Shown here: piece after piece, positions 120,001-132,270 of the stretch
Layout of the letters: each line of letters begins with the position of its first letter
Numbering within the stretch: position 1 is the first letter of the stretch
DNA from: Wallemia ichthyophaga EXF-994
Taxonomy: Eukaryota; Fungi; Basidiomycota
Assembly: GCF_000400465.1 (NCBI RefSeq)
Contig: NW_008806276.1
Location: 20,001-268,000 of the forward strand
Length of the DNA: 248,000 nt
Direction of reading: 5' to 3'
Notes under the pieces: generated by a model
Seen by the model: only the letters and a program-made list of their open reading frames with translations
Told to the model about the DNA's origin: nothing
Databases searched by the model: none
Position numbers and translations under genes: made by a program

Positions 120001-121063
120001 GACACCAGCCTCATCGGGCTCGTTGAAGATTGAGAAAGGGCCATCGTACTCGTCTTTGGGAGTGTAGTCGAAATCGTGGATGTCTTCAGAGACAATTTCG
120101 CGGTTGGTGATGAGGTATCCCTGGCCGTCTACCATATAAGAGATCATCATGATGGGATCGACGGCGCTGTCTGGGAACTTAAGAGGCGCCTTACACGTTT
120201 CAATATCATACGCCATGACGACTGGTTCAGCGCGCTTAACACGGTGTTCAACTTTTTCCAGTTTTATTTTGCCCTCGCTTGCTGAGACGGTGTACCACAT
120301 ACCAACTCGTATACCTAGCAGAGAGTGAGCTGGGGAGAGTGAAAAAGAGGGAATGCCCACCTAAATCAGTTGCAACGCGTAAGTAATATGGTACGTCATA
120401 CTCGCGTGCGTCTACGATTAACTGCGAGGGATCTTCTTTGCTTTTAGCGTCGTTTCCGGAGTTTTCAAGGGTGATATCTTGGTCAGCAGAAGCGACGACG
120501 TCAGCGTACGCATCGACGGCAGATCTCTTCTCGGCATTTGATTGAGCAAGCGGGAGAACTTCTCTGCGAATGGTGAGGAGGTCTTGAACGTTCCTGAATT
120601 TAAGCTGTAGATAAACTTTCGGGAGGCTGAGGAGGTGGTTGGGTGCCTTAAGATCGTCCTTGTAAATGCGTTCAATCTTATAGATAAGCGATTCAAACCG
120701 CCGTAAAAGCCATTCTTCGACAGCAGCTTCTGTGCCTGGCTTGCAAGATAAATAGAAATAAGGCTCGTAGGTTATCGTAGATTTAAACATTCCGCCATCG
120801 TCCTCGAGGAAGTAAAAGTCAACGGCTGCTTTTCCACCAATGTAGTCGTCATCTTCGATGAGCGTGGGGTGCATATTCACCAGCCACGCCTCCCGCGCTC
120901 CTCCCTCCTCAAATCTGGAGAATCCTAGCCTGGCGTCGAGATGGTCGCTTTCTTTGATTTTATCGAATTTAGCGGCAAGTAGCTGACGTTCGTCGACGAT
121001 CTTTGGTGCCGATGGTTCTTTGCGGCCTGTGCCTGCTTTTTTAAATTTCGTACGGCTGCTCAT
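114035..121063 (-). CDS. POL2: DNA polymerase epsilon catalytic subunit
   Basis: MAYDIETCK exonuclease motif, [21 protein letters not shown]1744, C-terminal zinc fingers. Confidence 0.97.
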
Positions 121064-121289
121064 GGCTGTTGTTAGCCTGAGTCGCGTACTTGTATCTCAG
121101 AAAGACGCGCGCGAGGCTAATTTTACAGAGGCGGTGATATTGATTCTATTTAGTAATTGATGTGTGCTGTACATTTTAAAGTTTATATAAAACACACAGC
121201 CGAAGCCACACACATGCAAAATTCAGAAAAAGTGAAAATTCTCACCAAATGACCTCATACAATCATTCTGCCTTCTCTCGTCCATCACG

Positions 121290-123656
121290 ATGATAGTGCG
121301 AGCGGGAGTGCGATTGCGATTGCAGCGGCAGCGGTGGACAAGCAGGAGCACACCACGCACCTCTTTTACGCGCACGCTAAGCAGTGCATCCTGGAGCGAC
121401 ACCCGGCGTACGCGCAACATAGGCATAATGGCGCATATAGACGGTGGCAAGACGACGCTCACGGAGTCGCTTCTGCACGCTACGGGTCACCTCAAGCACC
121501 GCGGCAACGTCGACGAGGGTACAACAACGACAGACTTCCTCCCTGCAGAACGCGAGCGCGGTATTACCATACAGAGTGCGTCGATCCCTCTGCAATGGCG
121601 TGACCACCGCATTAACCTCATCGACACACCCGGACACGCAGATTTCGCGATAGAGGTCGAGCGTGCAGTACGCGTGCTTGATGGCGGGATTGTCGTGCTC
121701 GACGGCGTGGAGGGCGTGGAAGCGCAGACTATGGGCGTGTGGGCGCAATGTCGCAGATACTCTCTCCACCCGCTTCTCCTCTTCGTCAACAAGATGGATA
121801 GAGTAGGCGCCGATTACAGACATTCGATTGAGAGCACTATAAGGAAAATGCATAGGAGACCCCTCGTGCTGCAGCTGCCGATTTATAGCAATGGCGTTGG
121901 CGGTGATGCCTTTGTTGGCGTCGTCGACGTCCTCGGCGATGCTCCGATAAACACACCCCAAGATATCCTCGATCAGCGCTCTTTAGCTCGCAATTGCCTC
122001 ATAGAAACCCTCTGTGAAGTCGACAGTAGCCTCCTCGACACTTACCTTGCCGTGGAGGACTATAGCAGGGTGAGTGATGCCGATATTCACTCCGCCTTGC
122101 GCCGGAATGTCCTTACTGGGGAGGTCCTGCCCGTGTTGTGTGGCTCAGCGCTCAAGAACATCTCCATAGACAGCATCCTCGATTCAATCATTACCTATAT
122201 TCCTTCCCCACTAGACGTTCCTGCGCCGCGGACGACCGGCGGCCACAGCATTGGCAGTATCGGGGGTAGCAATAGCGCAGTGAACAGCGCAAACAAATCA
122301 CAAACCACGCAAACCACACAGCTCTCACAAAGCACACTAGCCATGGCATTCAAAGTAGTCCACGATGCCAAAAAGGGCTGGCTAACATGGGTGCGAGTGT
122401 ATGGGGGTGTCCTAACGCGTCAAGGTGTACTATGGAACAGTTCGCGGGGGGTAAAAGAGCGCGTAAACCGGTTGCTAGTGATGAGTGCGGACGATCAAGC
122501 GGAGATCGACGCATTACACCCAGGTCAAATAGGGGTGATACTAGGTTGCAAGAGCACGCGAACGGGTGACACGCTTACAGAAGCGCGCGACACGTCGCTG
122601 CGTAATGTCACACTGCAAAACATAGCCATCCCCCCACCCGTGTTCAGTGTTGCGATAGAGCCCGAGTCCCTGTCAGATGAAGCAGGCGTGGTAGAGGCGC
122701 TGCGCAGTCTCGTCCGCACTGATCCCTCGCTCGTCGTTAGCGAGGCCAGCGAGAGTATCGCGGCGGGTGGTGATGGTCAGACCCTCCTCAGCGGGTTGGG
122801 TGAGCTACATCTGGAGATTAGCTATGCTCGCCTGCGTGAGGAATTTGGCGTTCGTTGCCGTATGGGGCCCATGCGCGTCGGCTTTCTCGAAACCCTCCCG
122901 CTAGATGCACACGCTGTGCGTCAAGAGGACTACGCTCGCGAGGTGAGCAGGAAACATACACAGGCCGGTGTTACAGTGAGTGTGCGGCGGAGAGAGGATG
123001 TGGAGGGTGAGAGTGAGAAAGTACACAACGCACACAACGCAGACAACGTGATCGTGTTCAACACCCCACACACACAGCTCGCACCAGAGTACGAGGAGGC
123101 GGTCAAGAGCGGTGTGATGGCAGGCACGGCTCGTGGACCGCTGCAAGGGCATCCTGTGCGGGGGCTGCACATTACCATCACAGATATACGTCTCCTCGAC
123201 AAAGACCAGTCGCCAAGTTCGGCACTAACGGCGGCTGTTTCGCTTGCTGTTATCAAAGCTGTACGCACAGCTTCGACGGTGGTGATAGAGCCGCTGATGC
123301 AAGTGGATATCATAGCACACGAGGGAGATGTGGGCAGAGTGATTAGCGATCTCACCTCGCTGAGGAATGGAGTGGTTGTGTCGATGGAGGAGGATATGCA
123401 TGGCGCAAACTCAGACGCACACGCTCACACTGACACTCGCACCTCAGTTTACATTCCCCCTCCCACACAGGCTTCCACACGCTCCTTCGAGAGCGGTGAT
123501 AAGGGCGCGCGGATGGTCGTGCAAGCTCATGTGCCCCTCACCAATATGATAGCTTACTCGAGCAACCTCAATGCACTCAGTGGTGGCAGCGGGACTTTCT
123601 CGATGAAGGTGTGTGGCTGGAAGGAGACGAGTGGGGCGGTGGCAGCGACGTTGTGA
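121290..123656 (+). CDS. MEF2: Mitochondrial ribosome-releasing factor 2 (EF-G2)
   Basis: IMAHIDGGKTT, ERERGITIQSA, DTPGHADF, GLGELHLEI. Confidence 0.88.
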   Translation: MIVRAGVRLRLQRQRWTSRSTPRTSFTRTLSSASWSDTRRTRNIGIMAHIDGGKTTLTESLLHATGHLKHRGNVDEGTTTTDFLPAERERGITIQSASIPLQWRDHRINLIDTPGHADFAIEVERAVRVLDGGIVVLDGVEGVEAQTMGVWAQCRRYSLHPLLLFVNKMDRVGADYRHSIESTIRKMHRRPLVLQLPIYSNGVGGDAFVGVVDVLGDAPINTPQDILDQRSLARNCLIETLCEVDSSLLDTYLAVEDYSRVSDADIHSALRRNVLTGEVLPVLCGSALKNISIDSILDSIITYIPSPLDVPAPRTTGGHSIGSIGGSNSAVNSANKSQTTQTTQLSQSTLAMAFKVVHDAKKGWLTWVRVYGGVLTRQGVLWNSSRGVKERVNRLLVMSADDQAEIDALHPGQIGVILGCKSTRTGDTLTEARDTSLRNVTLQNIAIPPPVFSVAIEPESLSDEAGVVEALRSLVRTDPSLVVSEASESIAAGGDGQTLLSGLGELHLEISYARLREEFGVRCRMGPMRVGFLETLPLDAHAVRQEDYAREVSRKHTQAGVTVSVRRREDVEGESEKVHNAHNADNVIVFNTPHTQLAPEYEEAVKSGVMAGTARGPLQGHPVRGLHITITDIRLLDKDQSPSSALTAAVSLAVIKAVRTASTVVIEPLMQVDIIAHEGDVGRVISDLTSLRNGVVVSMEEDMHGANSDAHAHTDTRTSVYIPPPTQASTRSFESGDKGARMVVQAHVPLTNMIAYSSNLNALSGGSGTFSMKVCGWKETSGAVAATL

Positions 123657-123744
123657 TATTTAATTGTAAAACGCATGCATAGACTGAACTTGAAAGGAGT
123701 GTGGATGGAATAATGCAGTAAATATCAGACATGAAACATGAGTC

Positions 123745-124577
123745 AAAAGCCAAGAGAAATGAGACATCAGACATCCGCCGACATGTCAATTTCGACTTTC
123801 TGACCAGGTTCAAATGCAGGCAGGCCTAGAGGAGAATGTTAGAGTGATTCAAGGAAATGATGGAAACTGACCAGCATATGGACAGGAAGCACACCTGAAA
123901 GCGTCTCCGAGGTAGCAGCTGCCGCAGCTAGAAGTGGCACCTTTAGCTTGGGCGTCTTGTACGCTGTTGAAAGTTTTCTTGAGGTCAGTCGAAGTGTCGA
124001 TGTTCACCTGGGACTGATTCGCGAGCTCCTCCTTCAAACCACAGCTGCAGTCAGCACACGCTCTTCTCTTCTTGGTAGTGGGGCAAGAGAGAGGGGTAGC
124101 AGGAGCAGCCTTGTCCTCTTGGGTGAGTAACTGGGAAGGATCGATCGGTGGGGCGGATTCAAAGTTCCAAAGTGACTTGGATGGCTTCTGAGAGCGGTTG
124201 AGGGAGAGGGAGACGGCGGGAGTGTGTGCTGGCTTGGTGGTTGTGGTTGTGGATGACTGCTCGCTGTTGACTGGAGCGGTGTAACCCGTCAAGATGAGCT
124301 GGGAAGACAGCGTGGGTGGTGTGAGCTTGTGGATCGTGAGATTGCCGTTCGGAGCCAGTGCCTGGAAAAGGAGCAGGAACAACTGATCCGAGTTTATCGC
124401 GGCATAATCATCCTCCGTGATTGATAGATTTACCTGATCGAAGCTGTTCGCCGGTAGCTCGTAGCCACCCTCCAAAATTCTATCATAAACTAAGTTGAGA
124501 GCCGCTTTGTTTTCCTCCACTAGCTTGAGATATTCCTCAGACTTTAAACTTCCAACGAGGAGATGGGCGTTTGTCAT
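123745..124577 (-). CDS. DRE2: Fe-S assembly protein Dre2/anamorsin
   Basis: [32 protein letters not shown]. Confidence 0.93.
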
Positions 124578-124839
124578 CTTGATCGTTCGTAAGCAAGATG
124601 TTCAGATAAGAATATGCAGCTCGATATGTAGACATATATCCTAGATAACATTACATCGTTCATTACTCCCCATTCAATTCCGCCCTGCTTCTGATTTCAG
124701 TCTATGCAAATTTTCATTGATTACAAAACAGCCAAAGGGGGATTTGAGAAGCGGAGAATGTACTTATGCCATGGATCAATCTGAAATGATACGCATAAAG
124801 TGTATCCGGTGAAATTAGAATTTCGAGTCCCTTGCGAGA

Positions 124840-125949
124840 ATGCTTCGTACGCGGCAATTCAACAAAGCAAGCCAAGCAAGCCAAGCAAGCAAGGGAGGCA
124901 AAGGAAGGATTCAAATTGCCAGCTGGAATATACTTTCGCAGTCTTTGATCAAGAGAGAGCTCTATGAGTCGTCAGACTGTCTCAAGATCAAGTCGAGGCT
125001 GCCACGGCTGAAAGAGGAACTGGGCAAGTACGCATCGGATGTGATATGCCTGCAGGAGGTGGACCAATTAGAAGCATTGAAGGATTGCCTGCCACGCCAC
125101 AAGTATGCCAGCTGTTTTGGCACGCAGAATGACAACGCCACACCGAAGAAGCATGGACTGGTGATATTCTACCGCGATAGCTTTACACTCGTGCATTCCA
125201 AAGCGGTGAGCTACGACGAGCACCCCAAGTGGCCACTGTCGCGCAAAACTAATAACGTCGGATTGATAGCCGTGCTGAGCACCGGGGATGAGCCTAGCGA
125301 CGGGATAATCATCGCAACCACTCACCTTTTCTGGCATCCTGCCTTTGTCTACGAGAGGACTCGCCAGACGTACATACTCATCGAGCAGTGCGAGCAGATG
125401 AGGCGGGATATGGCACTCAGTTACCCTATAATACTCTCTGGGGATTTCAACAGCGAGCCACATGAGCTGGTGTATCAGTCCATCGTCGGCGGTAGTATTG
125501 ACGACAAGGAGAGGGAGCGAGTGGGTGTATCGCGTGTCTGCCACGCTAGCGTTAGCGGGAGTGGGCATGTGCCTCCAGAACAAGGCGCGAATCTCCCGAT
125601 AACAAATTCAGTACCCAACGACAATGCACCATCTGTTGATGAGCTGATTGAAGCATTCAGCGATATGCCCAACTTTATTTCCGCTTACGACGCGTGCCCG
125701 GGTGGTGAACAGCGCTATAGCCACAGAGACGCGTCTTTGAAGGGCAGAAAGGGCGCCAACGAGCCTTACCTCACCAACTACATGCCCAAGTATGGAATGC
125801 TGACTTTGGATTACATTTTCCATGAGAGGGATATGGCCACACTGTGTACGCTGGAGGTACCGCACGCAGACACACTCACTGGTGGCCTGCCGAAGCAAGA
125901 CACGACGGCATCGGATCACATAATGATAGCCGCGCAGGTAATGCATTAA
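124840..125949 (+). CDS. CCR4/nocturnin-family EEP nuclease (Ngl-like)
   Basis: SWNILSQ, ICLQEVD, THLFWHP, GDFNS, LDYIF, SDH. Confidence 0.85.
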   Translation: MLRTRQFNKASQASQASKGGKGRIQIASWNILSQSLIKRELYESSDCLKIKSRLPRLKEELGKYASDVICLQEVDQLEALKDCLPRHKYASCFGTQNDNATPKKHGLVIFYRDSFTLVHSKAVSYDEHPKWPLSRKTNNVGLIAVLSTGDEPSDGIIIATTHLFWHPAFVYERTRQTYILIEQCEQMRRDMALSYPIILSGDFNSEPHELVYQSIVGGSIDDKERERVGVSRVCHASVSGSGHVPPEQGANLPITNSVPNDNAPSVDELIEAFSDMPNFISAYDACPGGEQRYSHRDASLKGRKGANEPYLTNYMPKYGMLTLDYIFHERDMATLCTLEVPHADTLTGGLPKQDTTASDHIMIAAQVMH

Positions 125950-126071
125950 TGATGTATATTTTATATTCCCTGATTCATGTGCCTAGCCCTCCCTGAATCC
126001 CCGCTTGGTCGACTCGTGCCCCGCTTTCTTAAACAACCAAAAACGAAACCAAAAGAAAATTAATTTGACGT

Positions 126072-129000
126072 ATGGGCTGTTGTAATTTCCTATTACCACA
126101 GAACAGCACGGGTAAATTAGTCGATGGATGCTACACCCACACAGAGCACCCAGATAGCAGCGCGGTGAGCAAGCTCATCTCCCAGCTGCACGCGCCCAGC
126201 AAGCAGCAGGCGACAGGTGGAGCATTGCTTAAGCACATGCGGGCAGCCAGCCGCGTCTACCACGACCCACGCAAACGGAGGTGTGTGCGCTGTTTAAATC
126301 CGGAGTTACGCGCCGCTGACCGGATTATGAGCAGTGTGGTCCACGCGACGCTGCGTATTTTGCAACAAATAAACTCACAGACGATGCCCGATGGCGCGCT
126401 CTACACGCACACGCTCCTCATCATCGATACAGCGCTTTCCCCACCCATTCCGCCTGACTTGCAACTGCGCGAGCTAGCGGTGACTCTTGTGGGTGGCGTG
126501 CTTGGGGATGTGTTCTATACTCATACACTCCCACAGCTCAGAAATACCCTGCTGAAAAACCAACACGCGGAAATAGCACATGAGTGCATTACGTCATTCC
126601 ACTCGATTCTCTACAGACTCAACGGTATGGGCAGTCTGGACGACGCGGATGAGAATACGCGTAATCGCACGCGTAGGATAGCCCTGCTGGGTATAGAGGC
126701 CGTCTTTGAGTCTGATGTCTTGGGTGGATTACCGGTCGACGACCGTCGCAGGGCTATCAACCTGCTTGTTCCGCCGCTCATCGACAATCTTCTTCCCCGT
126801 GACACTAAGCTTGATCTACTCGAGCACCGCGTGTTGCCGTGTATAAGCAACAAGGTCGACGACCGCAACACAGACGATGTGCTTCTCGCCACCATAGCTC
126901 TGCGGGTATACAGGACCATCTACGCACACTCTGCGACAGGGCGGTGGATATCGATGTGCACGAAACCCACACTCGACTCGTTCGACAAACACAAGCGGTG
127001 GCGGGAAGTAGAGTGGGTGTGTTGGGTGTTGGCGCACGCTTTGCAGTGGACACCAGCGCATTACGCAGCCTATATTCCCACGACCATTCTCGACATGCTC
127101 ATTGAAAGCCAGGATACCTTCCCTACGACGACTAAGCAGTCAGGGTACCTGCATATCCTCACCCACCTCTTCACGCGCGAGTCCACAGTGAACGGGCTGC
127201 AGGTGCTAGCTACGCTCGACAGACTCCTCGCTTTCCTCGTTCGCAGATTTAGACTCGATGGGCAGGACGCTCTCGGTCCAATGACGATCGCTGCTGTCGG
127301 AGCACTCGCCAAACACCTCTACTACGCTGACCAGATATCCGATATGGCGGGACGCGTTGTGGTTGTAATCAACGATGTTCAGTTCGCTGATACTACTGAA
127401 CGCCGCGATGACCTACTTCGCCTCCTCCTCTGTGCTCTCGGAGGGGTGATGGCCGAGGCGTATGACGGTCCTTCGGAGGATGGCGCGTTGGGGCTGCAAG
127501 AGGCGGAGAAGACGTCCAAGGCATCTATCTCATCCAAGTCGTCCGTCTCCTCACATTTGCAGCCCTCGCTACAGTCCCCCGCCTCACCCACCTCGCCTAA
127601 GGGTAAGGAGAGAGCGGTGCTAGTGTCAGCAAGGGGCGTAGATGGACGAGAGGCACGCGAGACAAGCAACGGACGCGATAAACCCGATACACACTTAACA
127701 CACTCAACACTCAACACACATAACTCAATTGCACCGCGACCACCTCCATCTCCACCTCAACCTCAAAATCCGCCTCTTTCACAGCAAACTCACACACGCT
127801 CACGCATCTCGCCCACCGATATGGCCTCGACAGTCAGTCTCCTGATAGAGCCGCGTTACAGTGTGCGCGCGGGGTATGTGCGCGCCTTGGCAGGATTCGT
127901 GCAGGGCGAGTTCGCTGCAATACACGTCCACCGCGCCAAGTTGAACTGCTTCCTCACCGCCCTCCATGCTGCCATGTGGGTGTTGGCAACGTGTCGCAAT
128001 CTTGCAGATGTGCCCATCGTGGAAGAGGCAGGCGGCGGCGAGGAGGCGGACGATGGCTATGAGAAGGAGCGGGAGGGCAAAGGTGTGGAGGAGAAGGAGA
128101 AGGAGGTTGAGAAGAAAGATGATAACGAGGAGGAAGATGAGAATGAGAATAACAAGGTAAACAAACACAAGCGGAAAAATAGCAACAGCACGTTGAACGC
128201 ATTAGCACGATTGAAGCAGATGGCAAGCCACCGCCACACAACACCCTCTCTACCGAGCAACACGGCGACGCTAACGGACTATACGCACCTGCTAGGACTG
128301 ATAACGTCGCTACTTCGGCGAGGAGGAGCAGAAACGCTGCTAACGATAGTGCCATTCCTTCGCGCACTCGATGGCTATGCCGTGGAAGTGCAGCTAGGGC
128401 CTGGTCTCCAGACAGCTGGGTCTCGGCGGGGCAGCCAAGCGAGCTGGAGTTGGAGTAGTTTGAATGGAATGACACAACCCCCCGACTTCAACATGGCCGT
128501 CGACGAGCGGTGCAAATGCCGCGCTATCCGCGAGCTTGTCGCTCGTTGCTGGATGGAGATAGGGGAAGGATGGGGCAACGCGACTGTGCGCCAACTTGCT
128601 CGAAAAGGTTTGGACAGATTGGGTGGGAGTGTGCTAGGAACTCCACCACACCTGCACCCAGCAGAAACGCCGTCTTTCACCGTCGCTCCAGCTCCCCCGC
128701 TCCTCTTCCCGAGCGAGGACGACTGGGATGCAGTGCATGACGGAGAGAGCAGCAGAACCGTGACGGGGATCGTCGACGAGGTGGCTGCGATTGAGGAACT
128801 TGCCGGTGATGCTCACGTGCTGCTAGCTACTGGTCTCTCTAGGCTGGAGCTGGATGAGAGATTGAAGAGGGTGTGGACTTTCGATGATGCTGTAGAAGCG
128901 GCGGGGATGTATGCGGGTGCCAAAGGTGTTGCGGATAGCGCGGTAGACGTTTTAATACACCATACCAACCATACCAAACAATCCAACACCAGACACGTTG

Positions 129001-129104
129001 ATGTGTACCACCTCAAAGAAGCACTCTCGAATAGGACAACACCGAACATATCGCGTAATTCAAAGGAAGTGGATGTAGAATTAGTTTTGTCTAGAGCGGA
129101 ATAA
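126072..129104 (+). CDS. PI4K scaffold Efr3-like protein
   Basis: N-terminal MGCC palmitoylation motif, LYYADQISDM, ARM-like helical body. Confidence 0.7.
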   Translation: MGCCNFLLPQNSTGKLVDGCYTHTEHPDSSAVSKLISQLHAPSKQQATGGALLKHMRAASRVYHDPRKRRCVRCLNPELRAADRIMSSVVHATLRILQQINSQTMPDGALYTHTLLIIDTALSPPIPPDLQLRELAVTLVGGVLGDVFYTHTLPQLRNTLLKNQHAEIAHECITSFHSILYRLNGMGSLDDADENTRNRTRRIALLGIEAVFESDVLGGLPVDDRRRAINLLVPPLIDNLLPRDTKLDLLEHRVLPCISNKVDDRNTDDVLLATIALRVYRTIYAHSATGRWISMCTKPTLDSFDKHKRWREVEWVCWVLAHALQWTPAHYAAYIPTTILDMLIESQDTFPTTTKQSGYLHILTHLFTRESTVNGLQVLATLDRLLAFLVRRFRLDGQDALGPMTIAAVGALAKHLYYADQISDMAGRVVVVINDVQFADTTERRDDLLRLLLCALGGVMAEAYDGPSEDGALGLQEAEKTSKASISSKSSVSSHLQPSLQSPASPTSPKGKERAVLVSARGVDGREARETSNGRDKPDTHLTHSTLNTHNSIAPRPPPSPPQPQNPPLSQQTHTRSRISPTDMASTVSLLIEPRYSVRAGYVRALAGFVQGEFAAIHVHRAKLNCFLTALHAAMWVLATCRNLADVPIVEEAGGGEEADDGYEKEREGKGVEEKEKEVEKKDDNEEEDENENNKVNKHKRKNSNSTLNALARLKQMASHRHTTPSLPSNTATLTDYTHLLGLITSLLRRGGAETLLTIVPFLRALDGYAVEVQLGPGLQTAGSRRGSQASWSWSSLNGMTQPPDFNMAVDERCKCRAIRELVARCWMEIGEGWGNATVRQLARKGLDRLGGSVLGTPPHLHPAETPSFTVAPAPPLLFPSEDDWDAVHDGESSRTVTGIVDEVAAIEELAGDAHVLLATGLSRLELDERLKRVWTFDDAVEAAGMYAGAKGVADSAVDVLIHHTNHTKQSNTRHVDVYHLKEALSNRTTPNISRNSKEVDVELVLSRAE

Positions 129105-129401
129105 ATGTATTTGATTTGTACAAGTGAAGCTTGAAAGGGTTTGAAAGGGTGGACACTAGAAAGTTAAACAAGACACTAGTAATATTGTAGTGAATAGAGA
129201 AAAAGATAGTCAAGGTGAATAGAATGTTGAGTGAATATCCACGCAGGTAGATAGAGGGGGAATCAGAGGATATATTAGACCAGGAAGATATTGCATACAA
129301 AACCATCTGCAAACTCCAAATAAATTATATCCCATTTCTTACACCGTGACAACCGTGACAACAACGACTAGGACGGATACACGTGAAAAGGGGAAATAAG
129401 A

Positions 129402-130851
129402 ATGAGGCAGCCAGCAGTGAGAGTGAGGAGTGAAAATGAGAATAGCAGCAATAGAGTGAGGTATACAGTAAAGCATGTCAAGGATAAGGAGGTTATATCG
129501 CTTGATGATTCTGAGGAGGAGGGGGATAACCCAGGGCAAGTATCCCAAGTATCCCAAGTATCCCAAGTACCCCAACCAGCACCTACACCAATATCCTCAA
129601 AGCCGTCAATTTCAAACACCCGCAAAAGGAGACAGCCAGCAGCTTCAACGAGCAACAACAACGCATCGGCAACCACAATTCCAGCGAAAACACCCTCCAA
129701 GAGAAAGAAAGTACGCGGCAATACACCTCCTTTACCCACTTGCACTCCATTGCCCGTCCCTTGTGACGATAAGGAGGGTCATTTGATTATACTCGAAAAC
129801 GTTGAATTAGACGGGCGTTATAGAATACAGAGACTTCTTGGTCAAGGTACCTTTGGTAAGGTCGTTGAGGCTTATGATAGACTCGCTAGGAAAAATGTCG
129901 CAGTGAAAATTATCAAAAGCATTCAGAAGTACAGGGATGCCAGTAGAATCGAATTGAGGGTTTTGAGCACACTACGCGATAACGATCCCTCCAATGATCA
130001 CAAGTGCATCGAGATGATTGATTGGTTTGACTTTAAGAATCACATTTGCATCGTTTCTGACTTGTTGAGCGAGTCCGTGTATGACTTCCTCAAATCGAAC
130101 AAATTCACTCCCTTTCCCGCCACACACATACAGGAAATAAGTTATCAGTTACTCAAATCCGTCGCATACCTACACACACTCAAACTAGTCCATACTGACC
130201 TCAAACCAGAGAATATCCTCCTCGTCAGCAACAAATCCAAGATGGAATTGGCTAACGACAAGAAACCCCAACGGAAGATTCTCGCTAATACTGATATACG
130301 CTTGATTGATTTTGGTAGTGCGACGTTTGAATCTGAGTATCATTCGAGTGTGGTTAGCACGCGACATTACAGGGCGCCTGAGATTATATTAGGTGAGTTT
130401 CGCTGTTTCAAGAGGCTTACACCTTAGTTAACAATGTACAGGACTTGGATGGTCATATCCCTGCGACGTATTCAGTCTTGGGTGTATAATAATAGAGCTG
130501 ATGACGGGGGAGGCGCTGTTCCAGACACACGACAACCTCGAACACTTGGCTATGATGGAGGTGGTCATGGGTCCAATGCCACTCAATTACCAGAAGAAAG
130601 CGTCGAAAGCGAAACCTGAATATTTTCGTGGATTGAAACTCGATTATCCTAATGGGAATACAACAAAGCAATCGCGAAAAGTGGTAAAGGGGATGAAGTC
130701 TATCGATCAGATAATAAAAGCACGAGATCTTTCTTCACTCCAGCTGATTGATTTGTTGCAGAAGATGCTGACGTTCGACCAAGACGAGCGGATACGAGTA
130801 GATCAAGCGCTAGAACACCCGTACTTTAAATCAAAAATATTTGTAGATTAG
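129402..130851 (+). CDS. LAMMER (CLK) dual-specificity kinase
   Basis: CDDKEGH, GQGTFGKV, HTDLKPENIL, EHLAMME. Confidence 0.95.
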
Positions 130852-131169
130852 ACAGATCGCACAGATGAAATTCAACCAGTTTGTAAATATAATTGGATTT
130901 TCTATTTCAGGTGGTGGGTGTGGTTGTGTATATGGGGGTATTTGACATGGGCTTATACACACCACAGTCACAGCAACTTGGTGCGTCTTGTTCGCAGATT
131001 TCGGTGAAAAAGAACACGTCTTCTCTGGTGTAAGTGGGGTGCTGTGATGTACGCCTATACCACATCTAACACGCTAAAGATACGCCGTGAATACACAAAG
131101 CAAGCGAATAAATTATTTGAGTTATAGATTCTTATTTGTAGAATATATTCACTTTCCTCTATATCCATC

Positions 131170-132135
131170 ATGTCCACTTCAATTTCAAACCAAGAAGCAA
131201 GCCTGTACGATAGACAGATACGTCTATGGGGTTTATCAGCACAGAACAAGATACGCAGTAGCCACGTTGTACTGGTCAATGCTCTGCGTGGATGCTCATG
131301 CGAAGTCGCAAAGAATCTAACACTCGCCGGTGTAGGCAAGTTAACGCTTATAGTGGAGCATACCGACTGGGATAATGTAAAAGTCGATGGAAGTACAGCC
131401 ATTTTTATACGCGGCGGTGAGAACAATACACAGAGCACAGAGGATACATTCAAATCAAATATCAATAACCTCAATCCACACGTGCAAGTAGAAATTAAAT
131501 CAGTGGACAGCTACAGTAACCTTGTGGACGCGTACAAAACAGCGAATATCGTCATAGCTACAGATCTACAGCCACACAATTACAACGCCATCCACTCACA
131601 GCTCAACCCACTAACACCACTCTACTTGATTGGCACTCTCGGACTGGCTGGGTACGTGATTGTGACGAATGGTTCTGTTGACGCGAGTGGGAGTGAAATG
131701 GTACACAAAACTCTCGACCAACTTACTCAATCAAAACCTGGCACCAAAACACGTAAATTGCGCGAAAAAAGAGATTTGCTGGGTAAATGGAGGGGATGGC
131801 TATTGGTAATGGCGTGGTGGAGTTGGCTAGAAAACGAGAGGAGGAGTGTAACAACAGAGAGTGAGGATGTTGACAGGTTCTACGACACCCTCCTCAATAA
131901 AGCCAAGTATGCTGATTTAATTGATGACAATCCACTGCCATTCACAAAGGCAGACGTAGCTCAGCTTATACCCTCACTCAACACCTCGATAGCTCCCGTA
132001 CATGCCACCCTCGGTGGTTTCATTGCGCAGGATGTCATCAGCGCTATCAGCAGCAAACACCCCGGGACAAATAACGCTTGGAATTGGTTGAGTTATGATG
132101 CCAAATTGGGTGTATTCTCAAGACTTAAGTTGTGA
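131170..132135 (+). CDS. SUMO-activating enzyme subunit 1 (Aos1-like)
   Basis: LYDRQIRLWG, EVAKNLTLAGVG, GGFIAQDVI. Confidence 0.82.
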   Translation: MSTSISNQEASLYDRQIRLWGLSAQNKIRSSHVVLVNALRGCSCEVAKNLTLAGVGKLTLIVEHTDWDNVKVDGSTAIFIRGGENNTQSTEDTFKSNINNLNPHVQVEIKSVDSYSNLVDAYKTANIVIATDLQPHNYNAIHSQLNPLTPLYLIGTLGLAGYVIVTNGSVDASGSEMVHKTLDQLTQSKPGTKTRKLREKRDLLGKWRGWLLVMAWWSWLENERRSVTTESEDVDRFYDTLLNKAKYADLIDDNPLPFTKADVAQLIPSLNTSIAPVHATLGGFIAQDVISAISSKHPGTNNAWNWLSYDAKLGVFSRLKL

Positions 132136-132270
132136 GCACGTAAGCGTGTAAATTGAATTGATCTATCTTATTTTGGGTTCAGAACCCACTCGCTAAGTCG
132201 ACTCGGTAATTCCACTCGCTGCAAAGATAGCGCGAGGTTGGATGACGACATGTGATGTGCGCAGGTATAA